Assembly: GCA_030390025.1 (NCBI GenBank)
Contig: CM059433.1
Coordinates: 27,034,001-27,098,000, forward strand
DNA from: Squalus acanthias
Taxonomy: Eukaryota
Direction of reading: 5' to 3'
DNA: 64,000 bases
Both the position numbers and the translations under genes were made by a program. Within the stretch, counting starts at the first letter, position 1, and the number at the start of each line of letters is the position of its first letter. This document shows positions 60,726-64,000 of this stretch, piece after piece. The notes below the pieces were generated by a model. That model worked only from the letters and a program-made list of their open reading frames with translations, did no database searches and was not told the DNA's origin.

Positions 60726-62338
60726 AACAACAACAAAAACTTGTATTTATATCGCGCCTTTAACGTCGTAAACATTCCAAGGCGCTTCACAGGAGTATTA
60801 TAAGACAAAAATTTGACACAAGCCACATAAGGAGAAATTAGGGCAGATGACCAAAAGCTTGGTGGAAGAGGTAGGTTTTAAGGAGCGTCTTAAAAGGAGT
60901 AAAGAGAGGCAGAGAGGCGGAGAGGCTTATGGAGGGAATTCCAGAGCTTAGGGCCTAGGCAACAGAAGGCCTGGCCACCAATGGTTGAGCGATTATAATC
61001 AGGGATGCTCATGAGAGCAGAATTAGAGGAGCAGAGATATCTCACATGGTTGTGGGGCTGGAGGAGATTACAGAGATAGGGAGGGGCGAGGCCATGGAAG
61101 AATTTGAAAATAAGGATGGGAATTTTGAAATCGAGGCGTTGCTTAACCGGGAGCCACTGTAGGTCAGCGAGCACAGGGGTGATGGGTGAACTGGGCTTGG
61201 CGCGACTCAGGACACGGGCAGCCGAGTTTTGGATGACCTCAAGTTTACGTAGGGTAGAACGTGGGAGGCCACCAGGCGTGCGTTGGAATAGTCAATCTAG
61301 AGGTAATAAAGGCATGGATGAGGGTTTCAGCAGCAGATGAGCTGAAGCAAGGGCGGAGATGGGGGATGTTGCGGAGGTGGAAATAGGCGGTCTTAGTTAT
61401 ACTGCGGATATGTGGTCGGAAGCTCATTTCAGGGTCAAATATGAAACCAAGGTTGCGAACAGTGTGATTCAGCCTCAGACAGATGTTAGGGAGAGGGATG
61501 GAGTCAGTGGCTAAGGAACAGAGTTCGTGGCGGGAACCGAAAACAATGGCTTCGGTCTTCCCAATATTTAATTGGAGAAAATTTCTGCTCATTCAGTACT
61601 GGATGTCGGACAAGCAGTCTGACAATTTAGAGACAGTGGAGGGGTCGAGGGAAGTGGTGGTGAGGTAGAGTTGGGTGTCGTCAGCCTAAATGTGGAAACT
61701 GACGCAGTGTTTTCGGATCATGTCGCCAAGGGGCAGCATGTAGATGAGAAATAGGAGTGGGCCAAGGATAGATCCTTGGGGGGACACCAGAGGTAATGAT
61801 GCGGGAGCGGGAAGAGAAGCCATTGCAGGTGTTTCTCTGGCTACGATTAGATAGATAAGAATGGAACCAGGTGAGTGCAGTCCCACCCAGCTGGACGACA
61901 GTGGGGAAGCGTTAGAGGAGAATGGAGTGGTCAACCGTGCCAAAGGCTGCAGAGAAGTCGAGAAGGACGAGGAGGGATAGTTTACCTTCGTCACAGTCAC
62001 AAAGGATGTCATTTATGACTTTGATGTGAGCCGTTTCAGTACTATGGCAGGGGCGGAAACCTGATTGGAGGGATTCAAACATGGAGTTGCGGTAAAGATG
62101 GGCACAGATTTGGGAGGCGACAACACGTACAAGGACTTTGGAGAAGAAAGGGAGGTTGGCGATGGGGCGGTAGTTTGCAAGGATGGAGGGGTCAAGGGTT
62201 GTTTTTTTGAGGAGAGGGGTGATGACGGCAGATTTGACGGAGAAGGGGACAGTAACTGAGGAGAAAGAACCGTTAACAATGTCAGCTAACATGGGAGCCA
62301 GAAAAGGAAGTTGGGTGGTCAGCAGTTTGTTGGGAATA
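60726..62338 (-). mobile_element. L2-type LINE, 3' portion, decayed
   Basis: [59 protein letters not shown]; (TTG)n tail. Confidence 0.87.
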
Positions 62339-62339
62339 T

Positions 62340-63340
62340 GGTGTAGATTAAAAGATATAAGTGTTCCAAATTTTAAAACTAATTAATTAATTGAGATGGG
62401 AGACCAGGCAATGTGTTGTTGTTGTTGCATGTGGGAGCTCATGGACACCATTGAGGTCAAGGGCGACCACATCTGCAGCAAATGTTGGCTGCTCGAGGAA
62501 CTTCGGCTCAGAGTTGATGAGCTGGAGTCGAGCTTCAGACACTGCGACACATTAGGGAGGGGGAGTGTTACCTGGACACTATGTTCCAGGAGGCAGTCAC
62601 ACCCACTAGAATAATTACTTCCAATTTGGCCCATGGTCAGGGACAGGAGGGTGTGACTACAAGCGAGGCAGGTATTGGGATTCAGGAGGTAGTGGTGGAG
62701 GAGCCTCAGCCCTTGGCCTTGTCCAACAGGTACGAGATTCTTGCTCCCTGTGTGGACGAGGCCAGGGACTGCAGGGAGGGTGAGCAAACTGACCACAGCA
62801 CCGTGGTACAGGGAGCCATTCAAGTGGGGGGAGCAAAAAGAAATGTTGTAGTGATTGGGGACAGTATAGTGAGGGGGATAGATACTGTTCTCTGCAGCTG
62901 AGAGCGTGAGTCCCGAAGGCTATGTTGCCTGCCCGGTGCCAGGGTTAGGGACATCTCCTCTGGGCTGCAGAGAAACTTGGAGTGGGAGGGGGAAGATCCA
63001 GTTGTCATGGTCCACGTAGGTACCAATGACATAGGTAGGACAAAGAAAGAGGTTCTGCTGAGAGAGTATGAGCAGCTAGGGGCTAAATTAAAAAGCAGAA
63101 CCACAAAGGTAATAATCTCTGGATTACTACCTGAGTCACGAGCGAATTTGCATAGGGTAAATAAGATCAGAGAAATGAACGAGTGGCTCAAAGACTGGTG
63201 TGGGAGAAATGGGTTTCGATTTGTGGGGCACTAGCACCAGTACTGGGATAAGAGGGAGCTGCTCCGTTTGGACGGGCTTCACTTGAACCATGCTAGGGCT
63301 AGAGTCCTGGCAAATCGAATAACTAGGGCTGTAGAGAGGG
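62340..63340 (+). mobile_element. CR1 ORF1 region (zinc finger plus SGNH esterase), decayed
   Basis: CCCCMWE...ICSKC, VIGDSIVR, VHVGTNDIG, DGLHLN. Confidence 0.83.
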
Positions 63341-64000
63341 TGTAGCAGTCGGCGCAGACTCCATGGATTTTTAGATTATGAACATATACCCTTTTAAAAA
63401 CTGGACAGGCTGTTTGGGGGGAAGCAGTGAAAAACCACTCAAGCTGAAGGTGGCTCACGTAACCAGGTTGCATTCATATGGTAACGAACTGTCCTTGGGA
63501 ACAATGGCCCGAGAGGCCCACTCCCAAGTCTTGAATAACAAAGCTGGCGACTCATTGTTTCTGGAGAAGATGAACTCATTAAGTTAATCAGCTGGGAGAT
63601 CGAAACGAGATTTAAACCATCCAAACCTGGGAGGAAGCCTGGAAACCATTTCCCTGAGGCCATGTGTCCATTAAAACCACAGACAGCGGTCTGTGTATTG
63701 GAGGGGTATATTAGAGAGCAGTTTGGATAGCTCTCTCTCTCTCTCCTGCCCTCCACACAACGGAACGTCAAGAGGAGCTGAGCCTTGCTCTTCCAACCGA
63801 GACGGACTTCGATTAAGGCTGGGACTCGCATATTGCAAGGCCGGTACGGAACCAGGTAGCCGAGACGTACGGGAGGAAGCTGCAAGCAAGATCAAAGGGC
63901 AATCTAGGTGAGCATTGCCAAGCCTACACACCCACAAGATCACTTAGCTGTGTGAGAGGGTGCCTGTATGTTCCTACCAAACCAGAGGGGGTTTAGCGTT
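63341..64000. mobile_element. Probable LTR inserted at the end of CR1 ORF1, running off the window
   Basis: Abrupt switch from CR1 to unrelated sequence beginning TGTAG; the other end is not visible. Confidence 0.45.

Overview
Eukaryotic genomic DNA, most likely from a cartilaginous fish (inferred from the Deu-domain/SacSINE1-like SINEs, CR1/L2 LINEs and Harbinger families; organism not verified). The whole window lies inside one host gene on the minus strand, a FACIT collagen most similar to COL21A1. Eight short coding exons (54, 72, 36, 45, 33, 147, 55 and 201 bp) splice into a continuous Gly-X-Y/NC2 reading frame, and two of the introns are about 19-20 kb. The introns are filled with transposons: several PIF/Harbinger elements (Myb/SANT gene convergent with a HARBI1-like DDE transposase) and their MITEs, a young 4.3-kb Gypsy LTR element, a solo LTR, many CR1/L2-type LINEs, tRNA-derived SINEs and two Penelope-like (GIY-YIG) insertions carrying minimal hammerhead ribozymes. 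The most notable structures are (1) a 2.37-kb, about 99% perfect, nearly spacerless Penelope palindrome with a hammerhead motif near each end, at the core of a four-level nested insertion, and (2) Harbinger-type MITE families whose internal stem-loops are conserved by compensatory changes and which retain splice-site-like motifs. No prokaryotic systems, CRISPR arrays or bona fide tRNA/rRNA genes were seen. All alignments and counts were done by eye.
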